A DNA stretch of 64,000 nucleotides. It comes from Actinomycetota bacterium (GTDB lineage: Bacteria > Actinomycetota > Acidimicrobiia > Spongiisociales > UBA11373). Shown here in pieces: positions 22,187 through 31,655 of the stretch. The position numbers and the translations under genes were made by a program. The notes beneath the pieces were generated by a model. The model had not been told where the DNA came from, searched no databases, and saw only the letters and a program-made list of their open reading frames with translations. The first letter of the stretch is position 1. Every line of letters starts with the position of its first letter. The stretch lies in contig VGBK01000001.1 in NCBI GenBank assembly GCA_016870535.1, forward strand, positions 11,311 to 75,310, written 5' to 3'.

Positions 22187-23065
22187 GTGCGCTTCCAGTA
22201 CCTCCTCACCCAGACCGTGCAGGGCATTCGGCGCAACCCGCTGGTGGTAGCCAGCGCGGTGGTAGCGGTGCTGGTCACCCTGGTGCTGGTGTTCGGGTCG
22301 ATCGTGGTGCGCTGGTCCATCGACCAGGACATCGGACGCTGGGACGACAACGTGCGGGTGATCGCCTGGCTGGGGGACGTGTCGCCGGACCAGGTGTTCG
22401 CCATGCAGCGGGAGATCGCCGAGTGGCCCGAGGTGGACGAGGTCGTCTACTTCAGCAAGTCACAGGCGCTCGAGGAGTTCCGGGAGTTGTTCGCCGACCA
22501 ACCGGCCCTCATCGATGTGGTGCAGGACGACCCTTCGGTGCTGCCCCAGTCGCTGCGCATCAAGCCCACCGAGGTGGGCAACTACGCCGACATCCAGAAC
22601 CGGGTGGCGGTGTACCCCGGGGTGCAGCAGGCGACGGCGGCGGGGGAGGAGATCGACGCCCTCGTGGTGCGCTCCAATCGCATGCGCACTTTCGCCGTGG
22701 GGGTGTTCATCGTCCTGGGCACGGCGGCCCTGGTGCTGATCGCCAACACCGTCCGCATGGCGGTGTACGCCCGGCGCGACGAGATCGCCATCATGCGCCT
22801 GGTGGGGGCGGGCAACTGGTTCATCCGGGTGCCCTTCTTGCTGGAGGGCCTGGTGGAGGGGGTCACCGGCGCCGCCCTGGCCGCCCTCATCGTGGGACTG
22901 GGTCACAAGCCCATCGTGCAGATGCTGAGCACCGTCGCCGATCCCGACGCCATCGTGGTCCCCGTCCAGTTCTTGCTGCAGCAATCCCTGCTGGTGCTGA
23001 CCTTCGGGGCGGTCACCGGCCTGCTGGGCAGCGCCCTGGGCATGTGGGGCACCCTGCGGGACTGA
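22187..23065 (+). CDS. ftsX: Cell division permease FtsX
   Basis: IANTVRMAVYARRDEIAIMRLVGA...IRVPFLLEG signature, four TM segments. Confidence 0.94.
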   Translation: MRFQYLLTQTVQGIRRNPLVVASAVVAVLVTLVLVFGSIVVRWSIDQDIGRWDDNVRVIAWLGDVSPDQVFAMQREIAEWPEVDEVVYFSKSQALEEFRELFADQPALIDVVQDDPSVLPQSLRIKPTEVGNYADIQNRVAVYPGVQQATAAGEEIDALVVRSNRMRTFAVGVFIVLGTAALVLIANTVRMAVYARRDEIAIMRLVGAGNWFIRVPFLLEGLVEGVTGAALAALIVGLGHKPIVQMLSTVADPDAIVVPVQFLLQQSLLVLTFGAVTGLLGSALGMWGTLRD

Positions 23066-23550
23066 TGTCCCGCCGGATCGCCCCGGAGGGCCCCGGGGTC
23101 AAGGTGGTCGCCGTCAATCGCCGGGCCCGCCACGACTACGAGATCATGGAGTCCTTCGAGGCCGGCCTGGCCCTGCTCGGGTCGGAGGTCAAGAGCCTGC
23201 GGGCGGGCCGCGCCGACCTCAAGGACGGCTACGGCAGCATCGAAGGCGGCCAGGCCTGGCTCATCGGGGTGCACATCTCGCCCTACCAGTTCGCGCGCGA
23301 GGGGGGCCACGAGCCCGAGCGCGCCCGCAAGCTGCTCCTGCACCGGGGGGAGATCGAGCGCATCCGGGGCAAACTCGACCAGAAGGGTCTCACCCTGATC
23401 CCGCTGCGCCTCTACTTCAAGGCGGGCAAGGCCAAGGTGGAAGTGGCCCTGGCCCGGGGCAAGGCCAGATACGACAAGCGGGAGACGCTGAAGCGGCGCC
23501 AGGCCGAGCGCGAGATGCAGCGGGCCATGCGGCACAAGAGCATCGACTGA
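23065..23550 (+). CDS. smpB: SsrA-binding protein
   Basis: NRRARHDY, EAGLALLGSEVKSLR, RKLLLH and ARGKARYDKR. Confidence 0.97.
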   Translation: MSRRIAPEGPGVKVVAVNRRARHDYEIMESFEAGLALLGSEVKSLRAGRADLKDGYGSIEGGQAWLIGVHISPYQFAREGGHEPERARKLLLHRGEIERIRGKLDQKGLTLIPLRLYFKAGKAKVEVALARGKARYDKRETLKRRQAEREMQRAMRHKSID

Positions 23551-23571
23551 GCCGCCGCTCGATGCGGCAGG

Positions 23572-24498
23572 TCAGTCGATGCGGCGGGCCTCAAGGAAGG
23601 CGGCTCCTCCGGCAACGAGGCCCGCGGCGACCGGCATCCAGTAGGAGATGAGCCGGTAGACGAGGGTGGGGGCGAGGCCGGCTTCGGGGGGAATGGCGAA
23701 GACGACCAGGGCTCCGATGAGGCCTGCCTCGGCGAATCCCAGGCCTCCCGGAGTCCCGGGGAGCCCTCCCGCCAATTGGGACATGCCGAAGGCGGCAAAC
23801 ACCTGGGCAGGGGTGAGGCGTACGCCGAAGGCGAAGAGCACCAGGCCCAGAACGGCGGCTTCGGTGATCAGACGCGTTGCCAGCAGACCCACGGTGCGGG
23901 GGTCGAGGGACTGGTCACAGAAGGCAGGCGCCAGTCGGTCTCGTAGGCGTGAAGGGAGGCGGCCTACCAGACTTCCCAGCCGGGAAGACCCGAAGGTGAG
24001 GAGGCCGCCCAAGCCCAAGAGGGCCGCTCCCACCCCGGTGGCCGCCCCGGCCGCCTCGGGGAGGATACGTTCCCGCAGCCCGATCCAAACCAGCACGCCG
24101 CCGGTGCCGGTCAGCAGACCGGAGTAGTTGAGCGTGGTGGCTCGCACCGCGGCTCCGGCGGTGCCCGGCAACTCGGGGCGCGCCGACCAGGCCATAGCCA
24201 CCGGGGTCACCGCCCCGCCGGCGGGGAGCAGTCGGGCCACGCCTGCTCCCAGGAGCGCTGCCCTGAAGGCAGAGCGGCGGCGAAGGTGCCTGTCCTCCCG
24301 CGCCAGGCCGTGGCGGAACTGCTCCCCGAACAGCCAAACGGCGGCCCATTGGGCCGGTACCGCTGCCGCCAGGAGTGAGAGGCCGAGAGGGCCGGGAGAG
24401 GAGAGTCCGCGGCTGGAGAGAATCCAGGCGAGAAGTCCGGCGTAGCCGAGGAAGACGATGATTCCTGCGGCCAGGAGGAGGACGGTCCGCCCGCGCAT
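23572..24498 (-). CDS. Lysylphosphatidylglycerol synthase TM / UPF0104 flippase-like membrane protein
   Basis: Multi-TM protein with PGTPGGLGFAEA and YRLISYW motifs. Co-oriented with plsY. Confidence 0.75.
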   Translation of the reverse strand: MRGRTVLLLAAGIIVFLGYAGLLAWILSSRGLSSPGPLGLSLLAAAVPAQWAAVWLFGEQFRHGLAREDRHLRRRSAFRAALLGAGVARLLPAGGAVTPVAMAWSARPELPGTAGAAVRATTLNYSGLLTGTGGVLVWIGLRERILPEAAGAATGVGAALLGLGGLLTFGSSRLGSLVGRLPSRLRDRLAPAFCDQSLDPRTVGLLATRLITEAAVLGLVLFAFGVRLTPAQVFAAFGMSQLAGGLPGTPGGLGFAEAGLIGALVVFAIPPEAGLAPTLVYRLISYWMPVAAGLVAGGAAFLEARRID

Positions 24499-24499
24499 G

Positions 24500-25162
24500 T
24501 CAGGCCGTGGCGGGCCGGTCCGCATCGGGACCGGGTGGGTCCGAGGGCTCGGCACGGGGTGGCTTCCAGTCGAAGACCACCCGCTGGAGGGCCGCCCTGA
24601 AGCCGGGTTCCCGCTCATCGCCGCCCTGGGCGCGGCGCGCCATCATGAGCACGGCCAGACCGGTGGCAACGGTGATCTCCGTGCCGGAGAACGGGGCGAG
24701 GGAGGCGTAGACGGGCAGCACGCCCCAGCCGGCGAAGCCGCCTATCCCACCCCCCAGCTTCCAGCCGGCCATAGCCCAGGCGGCAGGCCAGACGACCAGC
24801 GCCGGGTTGAGGCCGAGCAGTACGCCGGCGGAGGTGGCCAGGCCCCGCCCGCCGCGTCCCTTCAAGAACACCGACCAGTTGTGGCCGGCCACCGCCGCCA
24901 AGCCGGCGGTGGCCGCCGCCGCGCTGCCGAGGCTGGCGGGCGCGAGGGTGAAGGCGAGCAGTCCCTTGGCGCCGTCGAGGACAGCGGCCAGGGCGCCGGG
25001 CTTCCAGCCCACCGTCCTGGTCAGGTTGCCGGCGCCGACGTTGCCCGAGCCGACGCGGCGGATGTCTACTCCCCGCCGCAGGCCGACGAGGAGGGGGAAC
25101 GGGATCGAGCCCAGCAGGTAGGCCGAGGCGGCCACCAGGAGCAAGAGCGCCGGCTCAATCAT
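24500..25162 (-). CDS. plsY: Glycerol-3-phosphate acyltransferase PlsY-like
   Basis: YLLGSIP, DIRRVGSGNVGA, DGAKG and GHNWS...GGRGLATSAG. Confidence 0.85.
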   Translation of the reverse strand: MIEPALLLLVAASAYLLGSIPFPLLVGLRRGVDIRRVGSGNVGAGNLTRTVGWKPGALAAVLDGAKGLLAFTLAPASLGSAAAATAGLAAVAGHNWSVFLKGRGGRGLATSAGVLLGLNPALVVWPAAWAMAGWKLGGGIGGFAGWGVLPVYASLAPFSGTEITVATGLAVLMMARRAQGGDEREPGFRAALQRVVFDWKPPRAEPSDPPGPDADRPATA

Positions 25163-25264
25163 GGTGAGCGAGGGTATCAGACTCGGTCGGACCGTCCGGC
25201 GGAGGGCGACCGATTCCCCAGGTCGCCTCACCGTTGTACAGTGGGTAGTGCGCTTCGCGCCCTT

Positions 25265-25615
25265 GGGGGTGAACTGGTTTCGACTCTGAGGGTTGAGGCG
25301 ACGGCAGCGAGCCGAGGTCCCCGGAGTCCTCGCTAAAGAGCCGGGACAACCAACAAGTGCCGAGCCTGAACTCGCACTGGCCGCCTAACTAGTCGGCCCG
25401 TCCGCCCGGAGGGTGCCCCCCTCGCCGGAGCCGGGCGTCGCAATGGGGGATGCCCCCGCCGGGGTGCCGTGACCGGCGGGTCAAGCCGACTGCGGCTGGG
25501 GTGGCGGGAGACGCGCCGGTAGCGTCCCGTCACCCGAGAACCAGCTATCGGCTGCGCTCGGAGACGCCGGCGTTGAAACTCAGAGGACCGGGGTTCGACT
25601 CCCCGCACCTCCACC
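25265..25615 (+). ncRNA. ssrA: tmRNA (SsrA); tag ORF 25359-25388 encodes (A)AEPELALAA
   Basis: 5' GGGGGTGAACTGGTTTCGAC and 3' GGTTCGACTCCCCGCACCTCCACC form an acceptor stem with G3:U. Tag ends in LAA*. Near smpB. Confidence 0.96.
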
Positions 25616-25618
25616 GAT

Positions 25619-25644
25619 CGGGCGGCCCCCACGGGGGCCGCCCG
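25619..25644 (+). terminator. Hairpin after ssrA
   Basis: CGGGCGGCCCC-CACG-GGGGCCGCCCG, an 11-bp perfect stem right after the tmRNA 3' end. Confidence 0.65.
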
Positions 25645-25778
25645 GCGCGTTCGCATCGGGGGTTGTCTCAGGGCCTTGCCGGATGGGCAGCAGGCCGGTG
25701 CGGGGTGTTGAATGGCACCATGAGACCTCGAGCCGGCGGCGACGCCGGGGCGAGGGGTCGCTTCGAGAGGGGGATGTG

Positions 25779-28700
25779 ATGCCGGGGGGAGACGAGATCG
25801 ACCTCGGGTCGATCGAGCGCTTCATCAAGCTGGCGGTGCAGTCGGGGACCATCGACTCCAGCACGGCGCTGCGGCTGTGGGGTCTTGCCTGCGCCGCGTC
25901 TGCTCCACCTCCGCCGGCTCCCGCCCCGCCGCGTGCTCCTTCGCTCGCGCCTCAGCAGGTGGCCGCCGCCGAGGCGACCTTGGACGCCGCAGCCGCCTTT
26001 CTCGACCGGTCCGGCGGGCGCTTGCAGGTCGGGCTCCGCCAGGCACTGGAACGGGAGGTCATCTCGCTTCGTCGGGCCCTGCAGGCCGCCGACGGTGAGT
26101 CGGCCACCCGGTCCGAGGGGCGCCTGGCGGCTGCGCTGGCCGCCGCCGGCCGCAGCCTGGAGGTCGCTCCGGCGGCTGCGGCCTCTGCACGTCCGGTGGT
26201 CGTGGTCACGCCGCCGGGGCCTCCGCCCCCGTCTCCGCCGGTTGCGCCGCGCCGACCCGCCGGCCCCACCTGGTCCGAACGCCTGCAGGGTTACCTCGGC
26301 CGGCTCCGCCGGGCGGTGGGCAGCGACTTCGCCATCCACGGGATCACCTACCTGGGGGTGTTCCTCGCTCTGGTGGTACTCGTGGTGTTCTTCGCCGTGG
26401 ACGACTACTTCGGCCGGACGTTCCGCATCCCCTGGACCCGCCCGTTCATGTTCTTGGCCTTCCCGGCCTTCTTCTTCGTGCTCGCCTGGGTGTTGCGCCA
26501 CCGCAGCGGGATCCCGCAGGCGGCGGTCGCCGTGGAACTGATCGGAGCGGTGCTGGTGCCGGCCATGGTGGCGGCGCTGTTCCGGGACGGTTTCTGGTTC
26601 CCCCCCAACGTCGAGAGGCTCGGACGGTGGGCGGTCTATGCCGGCTCGGGGCTGCCGGCCGTGCTGCTGTTCTGGTGGCTCGCCCGGCGGCGGCCGTTCT
26701 ACGCCTACCTGATCGCTCCCACGATCTGGACGGTGGTGGGCGCGCTGGGCCTCTACGTGCACTTCGAGTGGATCGACATGCCGGGAGATGTCCCGGATAT
26801 GCCCGAGGGGATCTCGGCTTACCAGGTGGTCCTGATCCTGGCGGTCATGGCGGCCTCGGTGGTCGTTGCCTCGGTGATCCGCCGCACCAGGCTGGGCCGG
26901 CTGGCCTCGGTCCCGACGGTTCGCATGGCCGCCGTCCTGGCCCCGTTCGTACTGCTTGCCGCCGTGCAGTTCGCCTACTCCGACGCGGTGCTGGAGGGGC
27001 CTCCCGGGGTAGGGCCCGGCCTCGCGCAGATGGGTTTCCCCCTCGCTCTGGCGGCCGTCGCCGCGGGGGCGGTCTTCCTGGCGGTCCGTTGGGCCGCGTT
27101 TGCCTGGGAGGGCCTCCCCGCCCGTATGCGCCGGGAGATCCCGGCGGTCGCCGCGGTGTTGGGCGGCGCCGCGTTGGCGGCGGCACCGCCGCTGGGCCTG
27201 GCGGAGGTCCTGCCCCTGCCTTGGGTGGGAGCGGCCCTGTGCGGCACCGGGGTCGTCCTGGCTGCCCTGGAACGGCTGCCCGGTTTCGGCACCCGCGCCG
27301 GCTCGTGGGTAGCGGCCGCGGCCGCTTCCGCAGGCCTCGCCGTGTCCCTGGGCGGGGGTGGCGCCACCCTGGCAGCCTGGGGGGTGGTCGCCGTGGCCCT
27401 GGCTGCCTTCCCCGCCGGAACGCGGCGATTCTTCCGTGCCGGCGCGGTGCCGGCGGCCGCTTCCCGGGCGCTGCTCGAGGTGGCCGTGCTGGTGGCGCTC
27501 GGCGCCGGCGCGGCGCGGCTGGCCTGGCCGGAGGGCACGGTGTGGGTGCTCGTAGGGGCGGCGGCAGTCCTGGCGGGGCTCCGCCGGGCACCTCACTTGC
27601 CGGGCGACATGGGGGGGCTCCCCGGGGTTCCGGCGGCCATCCTGGTGGCCGCCGGCCTCGGGGTGGCCGCGGCCCGCGCGGCAGGCGGGACGGGGCCGGG
27701 CTACGCCGCCTCAGGGGCCCTGATCCTCGCAGCCGGCCTGGTGGTGCTCCTGCTCGACGCACCGTGGCTCGTTCGTCTCCTGCCCGGCGTGGGCCTGCTC
27801 GCGGCCGGGGGCCTGGTCGAACTGCGGCCCGCTCTCGACGCCGGGGAGTGGACGGGAGCGGCGGCCGACGCTGCGGTGCTGGGAGGTCTCGGCCTGGCGC
27901 TGGTGGGGGATGCCCTCCTGCGTCGCTCGGGCCGATTCCGGATATGGCACGCCGGGTTGGGCCATCTGCTCGCGGTTGCCGCGGCGGCTCGCAGCCTCCC
28001 CCACGAACGTTCGGCATTGGTCGGCCTGGCGGTCCTGTTCGCGGCGCAGGCCGCCGAGGCGGCGGGGGTGGAGCACGGGCGATCCGTCCTGGTGGCGCGC
28101 CTGACGGCTCGTTCGGGCGTCTCGGCTGCCTGGGAGGCTCTGCCGGCGGCGGCCGCGGCGATGGCGCTGCCCTTCATCATGGTGCTGGCCGGGCGCCGAA
28201 TCCCCGGCGTGGCTGCTGAGAGCGCGCGGTCCGGCCTGGTGCTGGCAACCACCGCTCTGGGTCTGGCCGGAGGGTCGCTGCTGTGGAGGAAGCGAGCGCG
28301 GCCACGAGTGGTCACTGCCGCGGCTGCTACCGCGGTAGCCCTGGCCGGCGTGGGCTGCGCGGCTCCCTCGGCCACCGGTCTGCTGCTGGCGACCGGCGCC
28401 GCGACGCTGAGCACCGCCATCGTGGCCATCGGGTGCCGTCTGCCGTGGGCGGTGAGCCTGCCTTGGACGGGGGCTGCCGGCACCCTTTTGCTGGGGCTGT
28501 GGCGCGCCGGGGTGGCTCCTCTCGACCTGCGCTTTGGGGTGCTCGGCTGCGGGGCGGCGCTGGCCGCCGCGCCCGCCCTGGTGAACTGGCGGCGGGGACG
28601 GCCCAGGCCCACGCTGGGGCCCTGGCTGTGGCCTCCGCTGATGCTCGGCCTGGGCTTGCTCGGAGCGGCGGTTGGCCTCGGCCTGGCAGAGACGCGGCTC

Positions 28701-31427
28701 CTCGCCGTGATCGCCCTGCCGACCGCGGGGGTGATGGCCTTCGCGGGGTGGAGCTCGCGCCTTGGGGCGGTGTCGCTGCCGGTGACGGCCGCCGTGGCTG
28801 TCGCCTATGCCCATCTCCTGGGGAGTCCCTGGCCGGTGTTCTCTGCCGGGGTTCGCTGGATGCCGCTGGCGGCGGTCCTGATGCTGGTCGCCGCGGCGCT
28901 TCCCGGCCGACGCGGCTGGCGGCCGGCGGCGGACCCGTCGCCGGGCACGCTCGTCGCCGGCCTGGTGGTGGCCGGCATGGGAGTCGGCGTCGGCGCCCAC
29001 CAGGGCGATGCCGCTCCGGCTCTCCTGTGCCTGTCCGGCGTGCTGACGATCGTCTGGGCGACGCGTCGGGCCGAGGGCTGGCTGTGGGCCGCGCTGGTAT
29101 CCGCCCTGGTCGCCGGCCTGGTGGCTGCCCCTGAATGGTGGTGGCTGGCCGCGACCGCCGGGGCCGATGCGCTGGTCGTCGGGGCTCTGGCCGTGCGCCG
29201 CGCCGAGAGCGACACGGGGCGGCTGCTGTCCTGGTTGGCCGCCGGCCTGGCGGCGGTGGCCTTCGGGGCTCTCACCGAATGGGGCCAGTGGGCGACGGTC
29301 CCGTTGCTGGCAGCGGCGGCGGCGGCGGCGGGGGTCAGCCTGGTCGGGGCCACCACGCTCGGGGTGCGGCGGTCTTGGCGGCCGGGTCTGGTCATCTGGC
29401 AGTTGCCTGCCGTCGCCCTGGCGGCAGGGGCGGGGCTGACCCTGGCCGTTGCCGGGCATGCCCGGCTCGGCCCGGGCGCGCTGGGGGTGGATGCGGCGGT
29501 GATGGCCGGCGGCGCCTTGGCGACGGGTCTGGTGGGGACTCTCCGCTTGTGGCCCGCTCTGGCCGGCGGATCGGCGGCGCTGGCGGCCGGGGCGTACGGG
29601 TGTCTGGCAGGCTGGCAGCACTGGGACGCCGATCTGGTGGTGATCATCACTTCGGCATCCGGCGCCGCGCTGGCCGGGGCAGGGGCCTGGCTGAGTACCC
29701 GTCGCGTGGGGCCGCGCCGGGCCCTGTGGCATTGGCCTCTGCACGGCCTGGCGCAGGCGGCCGCGGTGGCGGTGGTTTCGATCGCTTTGCACGAGTTCGC
29801 CACCTCCGAGGCCCTGGGGACCCTCTTCGCGGTGCTGGCGGCCGAGGCGGTGCTCTTCGGCCTGATCGGCACCGCACGGCGCCACGGCGGGCTTGTCGCC
29901 CTGTCCGCGCTCACGGCAGCGGGGGCGTACGGGTGTCTGGCAGGTTCGCTGGGCTGGGAGGCGGCGACGGTGGTGGGGGTGACCGGGGCGGTGGGTGCGG
30001 TGCTGGCCGGGGCAGGGACGTGGCTGAGCTACTGGCGCTCGGCGCCCGCTCGAGTGGCGCTCTGGCGCCTGCCCTTGCACGGCGCGGCTCAGGTGGCGGC
30101 GGTGGCGGTGGCCGGGGTAGCGCTGCAGGAGTTCTCGCCTCCCGGGGGCCTGGGGGTGGTGGCGGCGGTGCTCGCCGCCGAGGCCTTTCTGTCCGGGGCC
30201 GTGGGCACTGTCGAGAGGTGGCCCTATCTGGTGAGCCTGTCGGCCCTCTTCACCGCCGGGGCCTACGGGTGCCTGGCGGGATGGCTGGATTGGAGTACCG
30301 ATCTGGTGGTCGGGGTGACGGCGGGGCTCGCCGTCCTCCTGGCGTCGGTCGCCAGCCTGCTCAGCCGCCGGGAGGGAGCGGATTCGCGGGCCGACCTGTG
30401 GCGGCTGCCGCTGCACGGCCTGACCGAGGCGTCGGTCGTGGCGGTGGGCGTCGCCGGTGTTGCCGGTTATGCGCCCGCCGGGGCCCTGGGCGTGGTAGCC
30501 GCGGCGGTTGCCTTTGAGGCGGTCTACGTCGCGGTGAACGTCCGCTGGCTGCCCGCAGAGGCGAGTCCTCGTCACCTGTCGGCGGGTTTGGCCGCGATCG
30601 CGATCTTCCTGGGCCTGGCTGCGGTGGGCCAGACGGATATGCCCACGGGGCCGTGGGTGCAGGGTGCCGCGGCCCTGGGCCTGGTGGCGGCAATCGGCTA
30701 TGGGCTGGCCCGCGCCGACAACGCCTGGCGGGAGCCGCTGGCCGTCTTCGCCGGCCTGGTGGCGCCCGGGGCCGCGATCGCCGCCACCTGGATGGCCGGG
30801 GCTCCTTATGCCCACACCGCGGCCGCGATGGCGTTCGGCGGTGCCGGCCTCGTCGCGATCGGCCTCCTGAAGCGCCGGCTCGCCTTCCTCGAAGGCGGCC
30901 TGGTCGTCTGGCTGGGTGCCGGCCTGATCGCCTTCCGCCGAGAGGTGGACTTCACCAGCCACTCGACCGTGGTTCCGGTGGCGGTGGCGCTGTTGCTGGT
31001 GCTGGAGGTGGAGCGGCGACGGCGGCGTCTGGAGGGTCGGGAGCCCGCAGGGCCGGCGCGGCGCCTCCTGGAATGGGGCCTCATGCTGGCCCCGCTCGTC
31101 GTGTCGGTGGCCGACGCCACGGTGCAGCTCTGGTACCTGGGAGTGCTGGCGGCCGAGGGAGCGGTGCTCATGGCATGGGGCATCCTCACGGCGGTGCGCC
31201 GGCGAGCCCTGCTCGGGGTGGGGGCGCTGGGGGCGACCATCCTGCTCGCGGCGATCATCCCGCTCTCTCGCGGGATCCAGGGCGGTCTGTCGGACACGAC
31301 CTGGCTGGCCGTCGGCGCCGGAGCCGCGGTGCTGCTCATCGCCATCGGCTCCACGCTGGAGCGGCAACGCCGGCGCATCGGCCGCGCGCTGGCCGCGGCG
31401 AGCCGGGCGATGGAGGGCTGGGAGTAG
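25779..31427 (+). CDS. Giant polytopic membrane protein (~1,882 aa) with internal ~111-aa repeats; C-terminus resembles SCO7613-type membrane proteins
   Basis: Uninterrupted ORF with a Pro-rich N-terminal linker, dozens of hydrophobic segments, repeated GAYGCLAG units, and a WLAVGAGAAVLLIAIGSTLER tail. Confidence 0.75.
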   Translation: MPGGDEIDLGSIERFIKLAVQSGTIDSSTALRLWGLACAASAPPPPAPAPPRAPSLAPQQVAAAEATLDAAAAFLDRSGGRLQVGLRQALEREVISLRRALQAADGESATRSEGRLAAALAAAGRSLEVAPAAAASARPVVVVTPPGPPPPSPPVAPRRPAGPTWSERLQGYLGRLRRAVGSDFAIHGITYLGVFLALVVLVVFFAVDDYFGRTFRIPWTRPFMFLAFPAFFFVLAWVLRHRSGIPQAAVAVELIGAVLVPAMVAALFRDGFWFPPNVERLGRWAVYAGSGLPAVLLFWWLARRRPFYAYLIAPTIWTVVGALGLYVHFEWIDMPGDVPDMPEGISAYQVVLILAVMAASVVVASVIRRTRLGRLASVPTVRMAAVLAPFVLLAAVQFAYSDAVLEGPPGVGPGLAQMGFPLALAAVAAGAVFLAVRWAAFAWEGLPARMRREIPAVAAVLGGAALAAAPPLGLAEVLPLPWVGAALCGTGVVLAALERLPGFGTRAGSWVAAAAASAGLAVSLGGGGATLAAWGVVAVALAAFPAGTRRFFRAGAVPAAASRALLEVAVLVALGAGAARLAWPEGTVWVLVGAAAVLAGLRRAPHLPGDMGGLPGVPAAILVAAGLGVAAARAAGGTGPGYAASGALILAAGLVVLLLDAPWLVRLLPGVGLLAAGGLVELRPALDAGEWTGAAADAAVLGGLGLALVGDALLRRSGRFRIWHAGLGHLLAVAAAARSLPHERSALVGLAVLFAAQAAEAAGVEHGRSVLVARLTARSGVSAAWEALPAAAAAMALPFIMVLAGRRIPGVAAESARSGLVLATTALGLAGGSLLWRKRARPRVVTAAAATAVALAGVGCAAPSATGLLLATGAATLSTAIVAIGCRLPWAVSLPWTGAAGTLLLGLWRAGVAPLDLRFGVLGCGAALAAAPALVNWRRGRPRPTLGPWLWPPLMLGLGLLGAAVGLGLAETRLLAVIALPTAGVMAFAGWSSRLGAVSLPVTAAVAVAYAHLLGSPWPVFSAGVRWMPLAAVLMLVAAALPGRRGWRPAADPSPGTLVAGLVVAGMGVGVGAHQGDAAPALLCLSGVLTIVWATRRAEGWLWAALVSALVAGLVAAPEWWWLAATAGADALVVGALAVRRAESDTGRLLSWLAAGLAAVAFGALTEWGQWATVPLLAAAAAAAGVSLVGATTLGVRRSWRPGLVIWQLPAVALAAGAGLTLAVAGHARLGPGALGVDAAVMAGGALATGLVGTLRLWPALAGGSAALAAGAYGCLAGWQHWDADLVVIITSASGAALAGAGAWLSTRRVGPRRALWHWPLHGLAQAAAVAVVSIALHEFATSEALGTLFAVLAAEAVLFGLIGTARRHGGLVALSALTAAGAYGCLAGSLGWEAATVVGVTGAVGAVLAGAGTWLSYWRSAPARVALWRLPLHGAAQVAAVAVAGVALQEFSPPGGLGVVAAVLAAEAFLSGAVGTVERWPYLVSLSALFTAGAYGCLAGWLDWSTDLVVGVTAGLAVLLASVASLLSRREGADSRADLWRLPLHGLTEASVVAVGVAGVAGYAPAGALGVVAAAVAFEAVYVAVNVRWLPAEASPRHLSAGLAAIAIFLGLAAVGQTDMPTGPWVQGAAALGLVAAIGYGLARADNAWREPLAVFAGLVAPGAAIAATWMAGAPYAHTAAAMAFGGAGLVAIGLLKRRLAFLEGGLVVWLGAGLIAFRREVDFTSHSTVVPVAVALLLVLEVERRRRRLEGREPAGPARRLLEWGLMLAPLVVSVADATVQLWYLGVLAAEGAVLMAWGILTAVRRRALLGVGALGATILLAAIIPLSRGIQGGLSDTTWLAVGAGAAVLLIAIGSTLERQRRRIGRALAAASRAMEGWE
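29200..30560 (+). repeat. Intragenic tandem repeat, 3-4 units of 333-336 bp
   Basis: GAYGCLAG codons start at 29589, 29922 and 30258, with a degenerate VAFG unit at 29256. WxxP motifs recur with about the same period. Confidence 0.8.
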
Positions 31428-31655
31428 GGGCCGTCGCCACAGCGCCTCCTCGGCGCGGCTACTCGTCGGGCTTCTCCCCGGTGTCGCCGCACCTCTCCAC
31501 GATCGGCGGCGGGTTGCGGGCCCGTGGACCCGGGGTTTCTCTGGGGCGGTGCGGGGGGCAGCGGCAGGCGTGGATCCTCGGCAGCGTGGTGGGGTGGGAG
31601 AGGCAGGCCCGGTGGGAACACGGCGGCTGCGGCGAGAGGTTTGCGGCCAGCGCGC

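Noticed and set aside
25600..31650. Prophage or integrative element at the tmRNA 3' end
   Set aside because: No integrase, no duplicated tmRNA 3' end seen in the window, and no obvious compositional shift.
31428..31655. Small ORF or gene remnant between the giant membrane gene and add
   Set aside because: No recognisable motif or credible start signal.
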